Assembly: GCA_963718615.1 (NCBI GenBank)
Contig: OY970368.1
Span: 3,040,001-3,104,000, forward strand
Source of the DNA: an uncultured cyanobacterium
GTDB lineage: Bacteria > Cyanobacteriota > Cyanobacteriia > PCC-9006 > JAAUQQ01
Direction of reading: 5' to 3'
DNA: 64,000 nt
A program made the translations under genes and the position numbers. The notes beneath the pieces are model-generated. The model saw nothing but the letters and a program-made list of their open reading frames with translations, did no database searches and was not told where the DNA came from. Below are positions 40,373 through 49,735 of the stretch, one piece after another (position 1 is the first letter of the stretch; every line of letters starts with the position of its first letter).

Positions 40373-40835
40373 GGCACTTATGCACTCCCGTTTTGGGTAA
40401 AAACGGCTTCTTAGGGGGGATAAAAAGTTGTCAGCGTGATCCCTAAGTTCCTATTACAAAGATGAGTTGCAGAACTCAGGACAATTCCCTGTTGATTCTG
40501 GCACCTGCTGGATTGTGGAGGAAGAGGCTCTAACCCCTAGCCGCTAAAGCCATTGACAGACTTCGGTAAGGCTTTTGCTGCCGCTTCATGGAAGTTTTAC
40601 ACAGAGAGCCACCAACCCTAAACTAAGTAAATATTAATTCAACTCAAATAAGTATTTACCCTTAAGTATTCTGACTGACATTCTCCTCCGATGGGTCCCA
40701 AATAGTGCATTTGCATTGCTTGAGGATCAGATTTTTGCCCTAGAAACTATTTATGAAGATTTAGTAAAAGAGACTGATGCAGACTATTCGGTCTCGCCTC
40801 AGTCTCCTGATTGAGGGGTAAGACAGGATTGAGGG

Positions 40836-41441
40836 TTAAGCATGCAGCTGACGCCAGCGATCGCGCAGCGCCCCAATCTGATAGAGCGCCTTAAACTTCA
40901 AGCCCTGCTCGACATAGAGCTCTGCCCCCCCTTGCTCTCGATCCACCAAGGCCAAAATCTCTTGAACCTGATAGCCTGCCGCCTGCAACCGCTCCACGGC
41001 TTTTAGGGCAGACTGTCCCGTCGTGACCACATCTTCAAGGACCACCACGGGACTCTGTGCCGGTAGCGGCAGTCCTTCAATATAGGCTTGGGTACCATGG
41101 CCTTTGGCCTCCTTGCGGATAATTAAGGGGGCGATCGCCCGACCCTCATACATCCCCACCACGCTGACCGCAGTAACCATGGGATCGGCCCCCAAGGTCA
41201 GCCCCGCGACCGCAGCGGTATTGTCCGGAAGCCAGCGCAAAAGTAGGCGACCCACCGCCACTGCGCCCTGGGGATGGAGCGTCACCTGTTTACCATTAAT
41301 GTAATAGTCACTCTGCTGGCCCGAGGATAGGACAAAATCCCCCTCGCGATAGGCCAGTTCACAGAGAAGGTCAAGCAGGCTGTGCCGCAGGGTTTCAGGG
41401 TCTTCTGTCAACCAGCGAGCGGAATCAGGATTGCTTATCAT
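40836..41441 (-). CDS. pyrE: orotate phosphoribosyltransferase
   Basis: LSSGQQSDYYING, RKEAKGHG, VLEDVVTTG. Confidence 0.95.
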   Translation of the reverse strand: MISNPDSARWLTEDPETLRHSLLDLLCELAYREGDFVLSSGQQSDYYINGKQVTLHPQGAVAVGRLLLRWLPDNTAAVAGLTLGADPMVTAVSVVGMYEGRAIAPLIIRKEAKGHGTQAYIEGLPLPAQSPVVVLEDVVTTGQSALKAVERLQAAGYQVQEILALVDREQGGAELYVEQGLKFKALYQIGALRDRWRQLHA

Positions 41442-41578
41442 GCGTTCGATGCTACGGTAGTGGCTTAATTCTTTTGGGAAAGCTGTGCACTGTTATTGTA
41501 CGGGTCTGTTAGGCTACAGACCTGTTCCAATTGGACCCGGTTATCCCCTTGATTAGAGTCACCTTGAGGAGTTAGCAC

Positions 41579-42016
41579 ATGATCAGGCTAGGATTCAAAT
41601 CGCTTGTCGTCGGGTTGGCAGTCGCCGCCAGTACGGTCGCCCATGTCCCCCTGGTTCAAGCCCAGGAAATTCCTGGTACAACGGCTTGGCGCGATGCGTT
41701 ACAAGACGCATTTTTTGACGATTCCAAAACCTTCTACGACAACCAAAGCACCCTCCGGCAGCTGAGAACCGTCCTGGGCACCGGTCGCAGCATTTTCCGT
41801 CGCGGTAATTACGCCGAAATCAACGTGGAACGGGATGCTGAACGCGTCAATCAAGTTTATCAGCAGATGCTCCAGGAGCAGGTCGCGAGCGATCCGACCA
41901 TTCGGGTTGTGGATCTGCCCAATCCCTTTGAAACTTCTCTGCTGGTGCAACCGTCCCTCTATAGCAATCAGAGTGCTGGGACAGAATTTGTCTATGAGCG
42001 ATCGCCCATTCGTTAA
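41579..42016 (+). CDS. exported hypothetical protein
   Basis: GAGGAG RBS, signal peptide (VQA/QE), DPTIRVVDLPNPFETSL motif. Confidence 0.75.
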   Translation: MIRLGFKSLVVGLAVAASTVAHVPLVQAQEIPGTTAWRDALQDAFFDDSKTFYDNQSTLRQLRTVLGTGRSIFRRGNYAEINVERDAERVNQVYQQMLQEQVASDPTIRVVDLPNPFETSLLVQPSLYSNQSAGTEFVYERSPIR

Positions 42017-42053
42017 GTTCTACGGATAAGTTCTGTTGACAGGAACAGAAAAC

Positions 42054-42083
42054 AACGGTGGGCTACACTGCTAGTCCACCGTT
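42054..42083. terminator. terminator-like hairpin
   Basis: AACGGTGGGCTA-cactgc-TAGTCCACCGTT. Confidence 0.5.
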
Positions 42084-42451
42084 CGGTTCTAGTTGTCAGT
42101 CCAGGGTACAGGAATTGAACCTGTCTGGGGCGAATTATGAGTTCGCTGCCTAAACCGCTCGGCCAACCCTGGAAGTGAGAGACCTCGATCGCGAAATCCA
42201 GGAAATTCTATCCGAACTGGATCCGAAAACAATATCCGGTGTTTATCATAGGGGCTCAAAAGAGTATTGAAAAGCACCCTGATAGTTCTACCTTAACCTA
42301 GGCCGTTTGGGATTGTCCTAGCCTAGCCCAAAATCGGTGCTTTCCTCCCCTTGTAGAAACTCAAATCTAGGCTATGCTTGCCCTGGGAACGCATCCTGAA
42401 GTGTCCCACGGATACTGGTCTCCAACGCCCACCCCCGAACCGCACCCCCAA

Positions 42452-42499
42452 AACGTCCCCAGAGAACAACGTCCCCAAAGAACAACGTCTCCAGAGAAC
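42452..42499. repeat. 16-bp tandem repeat AACGTCCCCAGAGAAC x3
   Basis: Directly visible just upstream of ATG 42501. Confidence 0.75.
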
Positions 42500-42500
42500 T

Positions 42501-43235
42501 ATGTCTGCACGAGCATCTTCTGTAAGCTCATCTACTGAATATATGCGTTTGAGAGCATCGTTCGTTTACACCCTGGCGATGCTGTTTTTGATGATTGTCG
42601 CGGGGATCGTTGGGATGACCCTGGGCACAGCCCTAGGGCGTGAGGCGCTAAAGGGAGTGACCCAACCGGATTTTGGTTTGAGTAGTCGAACGATTCCCGA
42701 AGAAGAAGAATCAGGCTTGGCTGAGCCCGGTCAGGAAACCGCGTTTTTGTCAGAAGCAGAGATTCTCAAACAAGTCAAAGAGCGGGTTGCCAGCAAAGGC
42801 AAAGATCCCGTTGCAGCCGCCGTAGCCAAGGCGGAGGCGGAAGTTGAAGCCAACCAGAAAGATGAGCAGCGGCCTCAACAGATCGGCTTTCCAATTGTGA
42901 GCAAGGATGGCGGCGTGTTGATGGAAGTGGTAGGAGCGCGGCCCGACAATGGGTCCTTCATCCTAGATGTGAATTTGCGCAATGAAGGCACGAAACCAGT
43001 ACGCTTCCTTTATAGCTTTTTGGATGTGACCGACGATCGTAATCGAACCTTGAGTGCCACTGCAGAGGGGTTACCCGGTGAGCTGCAACCCCTTAGCGAT
43101 ACCTTCTCCGGCACTATCCGGATTCCCCAGGCCCTTGTAGAGGGCGTCAATACGTTGGTCATTTCCCTCACGGATTATCCAGATCAAAAGATTCAACTCA
43201 AACTGTCCGGAGTTCCCGTGCTAAAAACGGAGTAG
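42501..43235 (+). CDS. membrane-anchored hypothetical protein
   Basis: N-terminal TM, LGREALKGVTQPD, FLYSFLDV, LTDYPDQ motifs. Confidence 0.75.
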   Translation: MSARASSVSSSTEYMRLRASFVYTLAMLFLMIVAGIVGMTLGTALGREALKGVTQPDFGLSSRTIPEEEESGLAEPGQETAFLSEAEILKQVKERVASKGKDPVAAAVAKAEAEVEANQKDEQRPQQIGFPIVSKDGGVLMEVVGARPDNGSFILDVNLRNEGTKPVRFLYSFLDVTDDRNRTLSATAEGLPGELQPLSDTFSGTIRIPQALVEGVNTLVISLTDYPDQKIQLKLSGVPVLKTE

Positions 43236-43252
43236 TCCGAGTTCCATACTGA

Positions 43253-44674
43253 ATGATTCAGGCTGAAATCATGACGGTCTCTAAGGCCGCAGAACGGTTA
43301 GTCGCGGTCCTGGCGCTGATTTTACTCAATGCATTCTTTGTCGCGGCAGAGTTTTCCATCGTTGCGGTTCGACAATCTCGAATTAGCCAACTGGTGCAAC
43401 AAGGGGATATCAATGCCCGCTCGGTGCAGCGCTTACAGCAGCGCATGGAACGATTGCTTTCTACAACGCAAATTGGCATCACATTATCGAGCCTCGCCTT
43501 GGGCTGGATCGGGGAAAGCACCATTGGAGGCGTCGTCGCCTGGGGATTGTCTTATTTGCCGATGGGATATCGCTGGACTCAGTCTGAGCTTCAGTCCATC
43601 TCCCTGCCCCTTGCCTTTTTACTGGTGGCTTATTGGCAAATTGTTTTGGGAGAGCTCTGTCCTAAGGCCTTGGCGCTACTCTACCCCGAACAAATGGCAC
43701 GCGCCCTAGGTCCCTTTAGCTGGAGTATTGCCCGCTCTTTTCAGCCGCTCATTAGCCTACTCAACCACTCCACTCGTTGTCTGCTTCGTCTAGGGGGAAT
43801 TCGTTATGGTGCCGCTGAGTTTCCAGGACGGTTGAGTACTGCTGAATTGCAATTTATTATTCGCACTCAAAGCCCTACGGATCTTGAAGCCGAAGCGCAA
43901 CAGCTCCTCAGCAATGTCTTTGACTTTTCAGCGATCGCCGTCGGGGATGTGATGGTTCCCCGGTCCCAATTACTAACGCTGCCTGAAACCTTGACGCTGG
44001 CTGATTTGCTGCAAGCCGTCCAGACCACAGGCTATCGCAGCTATCCTGTGGTGGCGGATTCAGTGGATCAAGTCCTGGGTATCATTCAGCTCAAACTGTT
44101 GGCAGAACCACTACTGCAGGGCACCCTGGGGCTGCAAGATTCCCTGTTGCCTTGGATCCAGCCGGTGCAGTTCGTGCCCGAGCAAATGCTGCTGCAAGAG
44201 CTGCATATTTTGATGCAGAAACTTCAAGCCGAAGCGGTCATTGTGGTCGATGAATATGGTGGCACCGCAGGTCTGGTTACACAGGCAGATATCGTTAACG
44301 AAATTTTGGACCACCCCCTTGGCAGTGAGGCGATTCAATCGGATCCCCGTTTTCAGCAAATCGATGCGGCGACCTATCAATTGCAAGCTCAAATGGAGGT
44401 GCGCGAGGTCAATGAACGTCTGGATATTCGGCTTCCCCTGTCGATGGACTACACCACCCTAGGAGGTTTTTTAATTGATTTACTTCAGCAGGTACCAGAG
44501 CCCGGTCAAGTTGCTGTTTATGAAGATTTAGAGCTGAAGGTATTGTCGAGTGAGGGGCCGCGTCTGAACTTTATCCAAATTCGCCGCCTTGAGCCCTGGG
44601 AGCGTTTGACCACGCCTGGATCTGCCCGTTCTCCCCAAACAGAGCCGCCTCGTTCTAGAACTCGACCAGAATAG
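43253..44674 (+). CDS. hemolysin/CNNM-CBS-CorC family transporter
   Basis: NAFFVAAEFS, QIGIT, GELCPK, VMVPR, VVDEYGGTAG, CorC_HlyC tail (YTTLGG). Confidence 0.9.
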   Translation: MIQAEIMTVSKAAERLVAVLALILLNAFFVAAEFSIVAVRQSRISQLVQQGDINARSVQRLQQRMERLLSTTQIGITLSSLALGWIGESTIGGVVAWGLSYLPMGYRWTQSELQSISLPLAFLLVAYWQIVLGELCPKALALLYPEQMARALGPFSWSIARSFQPLISLLNHSTRCLLRLGGIRYGAAEFPGRLSTAELQFIIRTQSPTDLEAEAQQLLSNVFDFSAIAVGDVMVPRSQLLTLPETLTLADLLQAVQTTGYRSYPVVADSVDQVLGIIQLKLLAEPLLQGTLGLQDSLLPWIQPVQFVPEQMLLQELHILMQKLQAEAVIVVDEYGGTAGLVTQADIVNEILDHPLGSEAIQSDPRFQQIDAATYQLQAQMEVREVNERLDIRLPLSMDYTTLGGFLIDLLQQVPEPGQVAVYEDLELKVLSSEGPRLNFIQIRRLEPWERLTTPGSARSPQTEPPRSRTRPE

Positions 44675-44913
44675 GCGACAGAGAATAGGTTGCAGAAAAT
44701 TGGCTACAGAAAATTGTGGATCGGAGGATGGGCCAGAAAGATTGCTGGAACGTTGGAATTCTTCACAAATAGAGACACCATGTTAGTATCTGGATGATCT
44801 TGTCCGAGCTTAAGCCTAGGTTTGGATTGGTATGGGGTAAACCCAGCCCAGCATGGAGGGTCTCTAGGATTATTCCGACCGTGGTTGAGGAGTGAATCGG
44901 AGTATAAAAGCGC

Positions 44914-46020
44914 ATGTCCGCGAGACAAGCTGATTTTTCGACGCAGTTTTCTAGTTATCCCCATTGCCCTATCCCGGTTCGGGTGGGAGTAATTGGGGTC
45001 GGCAATATGGGCCAACACCATACCCGTGTGCTGAGCCTGCTGAAGGATGTGGAGTTGGTGGGAGTTTCTGATGTCTCTCTAGAGCGGGGCCTTGATACTG
45101 CGGCCAAGTATGGCGTGCGGTTTTTTGAGGATTATCGAGACCTGTTGCCCTATGTAGATGCGGTCTGTATTGCGGTGCCAACGCGGCATCACTTTCCCGT
45201 GGGCATGTCCTGCCTGAAGGCGGGGGTGCATGTGCTGATTGAAAAGCCGATCGCCTCGACGATTCACGAAGCGGAACTGCTGGTCAATGCAGCGGCAGAG
45301 CAGCAGTGTATTTTGCAGGTGGGCCATATTGAGCGCTTTAATCCAGCGTTTCAAGAGCTGAGCAAGGTTTTGCAGACGGAGCAACTGCTGGCTCTAGAGG
45401 CCCATCGCATGAGTCCCCATGCTGATCGCGCCAATGATGTTTCGGTGGTCTTGGATTTGATGATCCATGATATCGATTTGATGTTGGAGCTGGCCAAGGC
45501 TCCGGTCTCGAAACTGACGGCGAGCGGGAGTCGGGCTTCAGATTCCGGTTATCTAGATTATGTAACGGCGACGATCGGGTTTACCAATGGCATCGTGGCG
45601 ACGCTCACTGCGAGTAAAGTAACTCATCGCAAGATTCGTCGGATTGCGGCCCATTGTCGTAACTCGTTAACGGAAGCCGATTTTCTTAATAACGAAATTC
45701 TGATTCATCGCCAAGTTACGGGCAATTATTCAACCAATTATGGTCAAGTGCTGTATCGCCAAGATGGTTTGGTTGAGCAGGTCTATACGAGCAATATTGA
45801 ACCGCTGAATGCCGAACTTGAGCATTTTGTCGGCTGTGTGCGTGGGGGCAGTCAGCCCTCCGTGGGGGGTGAGCAGGCGCTCAAGGCGTTACGGCTGGCT
45901 AGCTCCATTGAGCAAATGGCGCTGGAGAGTATGGCTTGGACCGCCCAGGAGAAGGGTGAGGACCTGTCGGATGTGCTGGAGGAGGCTGCGGAATTGGTGG
46001 CGATCGCCGCCGCCAGCTAA
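44914..46020 (+). CDS. Gfo/Idh/MocA family oxidoreductase
   Basis: VIGVGNMG, EKPI, VGHIERFNP, DLMIHDID. Confidence 0.92.
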   Translation: MSARQADFSTQFSSYPHCPIPVRVGVIGVGNMGQHHTRVLSLLKDVELVGVSDVSLERGLDTAAKYGVRFFEDYRDLLPYVDAVCIAVPTRHHFPVGMSCLKAGVHVLIEKPIASTIHEAELLVNAAAEQQCILQVGHIERFNPAFQELSKVLQTEQLLALEAHRMSPHADRANDVSVVLDLMIHDIDLMLELAKAPVSKLTASGSRASDSGYLDYVTATIGFTNGIVATLTASKVTHRKIRRIAAHCRNSLTEADFLNNEILIHRQVTGNYSTNYGQVLYRQDGLVEQVYTSNIEPLNAELEHFVGCVRGGSQPSVGGEQALKALRLASSIEQMALESMAWTAQEKGEDLSDVLEEAAELVAIAAAS

Positions 46021-46034
46021 GACACTTCCCTCAG

Positions 46035-46976
46035 CTAAGACAGCTTGCCCCTGATCAAATCCACCACTATCTCGTTCCCCGCTGGACTGAGATGAATATG
46101 GTCTCGGTAGAGTGACTCTCCTGTGGCTTTACCCTGCTCGATCTGCTGGTTAAATTGGGGCAAAACATCGACAAACCGAATCTCCTGGGCCTGTACAAAC
46201 GCCAGGAGACGTTGTCGTTCTTTCTGCTCGTAGTCTAAGGGACCGCCATTGACGCTGAGTTCCCGTTTGAGGGGAGTCATCAGCAGGAGGAACTGGGCTT
46301 GATTGGCCTGGGCGATCGCCTGGATTTGGGCAATGGCTGCAAGGTTGCGCTCAACGCGATCGCCTTCTTCCTGGCGGGACTGTTCCAAAATAGGATCGGA
46401 TTTAGGGCGAATCAGATAGCGACCGAGGAGTTCCGTGAGGGCAGAAAAGGGAGGGCGATCGGGATAGTTGCGATCGCGTCCAACGGGAATCGCTGTAGGC
46501 GCAACCGCGAACAAATCATCGGTATTGATTACCAATACCAACGTCTCCGCGCCAAAACAGCTAAACCGTTCCAGATAGGCCAACTCGTTGCGGGGTCCCC
46601 AGGAGTTGGCGGAGGCATTGATCACCTGAGTCGTCGCCCTGTCTCGATTGAGCTGCTTTTCTAGGAGAGACGAAAGAATTTGCCCTTGGTCCGTCCACCA
46701 ACCCCCATTGACAATGGAGTCTCCAATTAGAAAAATGCGTCGCGTTGAGTCTAAGGGCTGCGGTGAAATCGGTGCTGTTCGCATCGAATATTCATTGACT
46801 TGAATACGATTGCCAAATCGTTTCACCCGCTGATTGGGCTTGAGTAAATAGCCGATTTGAGGATCACCCACGTATAGCAGCGGTGTTCCAAAGCCAAAGC
46901 CCAGGCGCAAACCTAGCTCCAGCAAAAATAGCAGTCCGAGACTTAGACCGACAACAAGGAAGAAAATTTTCATCAT
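46035..46976 (-). CDS. SGNH/GDSL hydrolase family protein
   Basis: N-terminal TM, IGDSI, DHIHLSPAG. Confidence 0.85.
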   Translation of the reverse strand: MMKIFFLVVGLSLGLLFLLELGLRLGFGFGTPLLYVGDPQIGYLLKPNQRVKRFGNRIQVNEYSMRTAPISPQPLDSTRRIFLIGDSIVNGGWWTDQGQILSSLLEKQLNRDRATTQVINASANSWGPRNELAYLERFSCFGAETLVLVINTDDLFAVAPTAIPVGRDRNYPDRPPFSALTELLGRYLIRPKSDPILEQSRQEEGDRVERNLAAIAQIQAIAQANQAQFLLLMTPLKRELSVNGGPLDYEQKERQRLLAFVQAQEIRFVDVLPQFNQQIEQGKATGESLYRDHIHLSPAGNEIVVDLIRGKLS

Positions 46977-47300
46977 GGGGGCAACTCAGCGGAGGATAGC
47001 CGAATATCGGGTAGGGACCTGTCTCAGCCTCAGGATGCCCATTTTCTTTCATGGAATTTTCCATGCAGTTTTCCATGCCATTTGCGCCGTTCGTTGACCA
47101 ATACCATAGCCCCAAAAAAGGCATCGTCATCTATCCATAGATAGATTATCTTTCTCCTGAAAATATGCGGCTCGGCTTGTGTTCCCAGACTTCCCGATGG
47201 GCACTATACACATACCCCCAGCTAAAACTTCTCCCATTTTCAGATTTGACCTTGCTTTTTCGATTGAGGTCGCTTGTATTAATTTCGTTGGGCAAAGCCT

Positions 47301-48626
47301 ATGCCGATTGTTGCCGGTCACCACGCTATTTTAGAGACTTTGACAGCTGAGCAGTTGTCTCTGCGACTCCAAGAGGTATTGAGAGCCGCGCCTCGCGGTT
47401 CCGTTGCGCTTACCAATGCCACAGGGGAGGAAATTGGCTGTTTGTGGTTTCAGCAGGGCTATCTGCTCTGGACTACGGGCGGAGAGCACCGCTGGAAGCG
47501 CTGGAAGCGGTTGGTCAGGCAACATTGTCTTGGCTTAGACCCTTTCCCGGACGATGCAGCTCAAGCGGGAACGTTGTTTTCAGGCTCGTCTGTTTTAGAG
47601 GCGTTGTCTTGGGAGTTGGCCATGCTAGAGCGTTGGGTTCAGCGGCAATCCCTGGCTCCTGAGGCGGCCCGAGGATTAGTGCAAGCGAGCCTGCTGGAGG
47701 GGCTATTTGATATTTTTCAAGCAGCAGCACTGGTCAGCCGGATGACCATTCAGCTCCAGGAAGAACCGATCGCGGTCGGCAGCCGAGTCCTGGAAGGCAG
47801 TGTCAATGGATTAACACTTCTCAATACGGCCTTGCAAACTTGGCAAGCTTGGTCTGCTGCGGGGCTATCGGCCTATGGGCCGAATCTTGCGCCAGTGGTT
47901 CGTAATGCCGATGCGCTGCAACAGCGGACCTCACCGCAGACCTACCAGACCTTGGTGAGTTTGTTAAATGGCCAATGTACGCTGCGGGATTTGGCCGTCT
48001 TTATGAAACAGGATCTGCAAATGCTGACCCAGACCTTGGTGGCCTATGCCCAATGGGATTTGATTGGGCTGGAGGCGATCGCCGACCTGCCAGCCCCCGC
48101 CACGTCACGCCTCAATTCCACGGCAAATTCTACGGCAAATCCAGCAGCTATCCCATCAACGCCCTCAGTGGTGGGAAACACTGCTGCGACCTCAGCGGGA
48201 ACCATAAACTTTGTCGCCGACGCAGTCTCTGATGCACCGCTGATCTGCTGCATTGATGACAATCCCAAGGTTTGTGAAATGCTCGGCAAAATCCTGATGA
48301 GTGCAGGCTATCGATATGCCAGCGTTCAAGATTCACTCCAAGCCTTGCCCGTTTTACTGGAGGAAAAACCCGATTTGATCTTTTTAGATTTGGTCATGCC
48401 CGTGGCCAGTGGCTACGAGGTCTGTACCCAAATTCGCCGCATTTCAACCTTTAAAGATACCCCCATTGTCATTTTGACGGGCAATGACGGCATCGTCGAT
48501 CGCATTCGAGCCAAGGCATCGGGATCAACGGACTTTATTTCAAAACCCCTGGATGTACAAAAAGTCCTATCTACGATTCGCCGCTATATCCCCGATCGGG
48601 TTCCAGCGGCTGCGATGGGCGTATAG
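47301..48626 (+). CDS. PatA-family response regulator (PixG-like)
   Basis: N-terminal PATAN/DUF4388-like region, C-terminal receiver (CIDD, FLDLVMP, ISKP). Confidence 0.88.
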   Translation: MPIVAGHHAILETLTAEQLSLRLQEVLRAAPRGSVALTNATGEEIGCLWFQQGYLLWTTGGEHRWKRWKRLVRQHCLGLDPFPDDAAQAGTLFSGSSVLEALSWELAMLERWVQRQSLAPEAARGLVQASLLEGLFDIFQAAALVSRMTIQLQEEPIAVGSRVLEGSVNGLTLLNTALQTWQAWSAAGLSAYGPNLAPVVRNADALQQRTSPQTYQTLVSLLNGQCTLRDLAVFMKQDLQMLTQTLVAYAQWDLIGLEAIADLPAPATSRLNSTANSTANPAAIPSTPSVVGNTAATSAGTINFVADAVSDAPLICCIDDNPKVCEMLGKILMSAGYRYASVQDSLQALPVLLEEKPDLIFLDLVMPVASGYEVCTQIRRISTFKDTPIVILTGNDGIVDRIRAKASGSTDFISKPLDVQKVLSTIRRYIPDRVPAAAMGV

Positions 48627-48663
48627 GCACTGGGAATAGGTACTGGAAATAGGTACTGGAAAT
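48623..48663. repeat. 13-bp tandem repeat ATAGGTACTGGAA x3
   Basis: Directly visible between the patA-like gene and cheY. Confidence 0.75.
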
Positions 48664-48729
48664 TGCCACTAGCCCCCTCAAATTCTCCCCTTAACGTTGT
48701 CAAACTGACTTTCTTGAAACGCCATTCCT

Positions 48730-49095
48730 ATGAATACCGCCCTTCTTGTTGAAGACAGCATTACCGAAGTCGAAATCATCACACGCTATCTCAAGCAGAT
48801 TGGCTTGAAGGTGGTGCGAGCTGGCAGTTGTGAAGAGGCCAAGGCTTGCCTGACCCAAGAACGCCCCGACTTGATCATTTTAGATGTGATTTTGCCGGGA
48901 CAAAGTGGGTTTGAACTCTGCCGGGAGCTAAAAAGCAACCCTCAAACGGATACCATTCCGGTCATGATTTGCTCCACCAAAAACACTGAGGCGGACAAGC
49001 TTTGGGGTGACATGTTAGGGGCTGATGCCTATTGTCCCAAGCCCGTCGATCCTCAGCAATTTGAAACGATTGTCCGCCAATTGGTTCAGGTTTAA
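48730..49095 (+). CDS. cheY: CheY-like single-domain response regulator (PixH-like)
   Basis: LVEDS, ILDVILP, DKLWG, PKP. Confidence 0.9.
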   Translation: MNTALLVEDSITEVEIITRYLKQIGLKVVRAGSCEEAKACLTQERPDLIILDVILPGQSGFELCRELKSNPQTDTIPVMICSTKNTEADKLWGDMLGADAYCPKPVDPQQFETIVRQLVQV

Positions 49096-49099
49096 GCCA

Positions 49100-49699
49100 A
49101 TGCTTTCCTCTCCTTCACCCTCCATCGATTCTAGTAATGCCCTTTGGCAATGGCTTAGTCAGGGTACGGATCAGCCCCTCACCCCAGCGGTTCGAGAGGA
49201 TCTACCCCTAGAGGAGGAGCGGTTCTTGCGGTTTCATCTGAACGCGGATGAGACGGCGCTGCTTTCCCTCAAAAGCATTCAAGAAGTTTCGCAAATTCCC
49301 CGGCGCGGGGTGCTGCCGGTCCCGGAGGTGGCTCCTGCGGTTCTGGGCGTTGCCAATTGTCGTGGTGCCCTGTTGTGGTTAGTGGATCTCCCTCGGCTGT
49401 TAGGTGTTGAGTCTTCGCCAACATTGCCAACCGACCCGTCTACAACCTTAAGAGCCCTACCAACGGTTGCCCCGTTTCTGCACACCATCACGATTACGGC
49501 AGAGAGTCAAAGTGTGGGATTGGTGGTGCCTTTGGTCCTAGATCTAGAGTCCTACGATCCTCGACAAATCCATCCTGCCACTGCCGAATTGGTCCCAACC
49601 CATCTTCTGCCCTTTCTTGAGGGGTCTCTGCTGAGCTCTGGAAGCCCTGTCCTCAGTGCAAGGGCGGTGCTTGAAACCTTACAAATGCAGCCCATTTAA
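49100..49699 (+). CDS. cheW: CheW adaptor (PixI-like)
   Basis: LPVPEV..VLGV.NCRG.LLWLVDL, GLVV. Confidence 0.88.
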   Translation: MLSSPSPSIDSSNALWQWLSQGTDQPLTPAVREDLPLEEERFLRFHLNADETALLSLKSIQEVSQIPRRGVLPVPEVAPAVLGVANCRGALLWLVDLPRLLGVESSPTLPTDPSTTLRALPTVAPFLHTITITAESQSVGLVVPLVLDLESYDPRQIHPATAELVPTHLLPFLEGSLLSSGSPVLSARAVLETLQMQPI

Positions 49700-49735
49700 G
49701 AGCCCATTTAAGATTTTTACGACTCACACTCTGTC

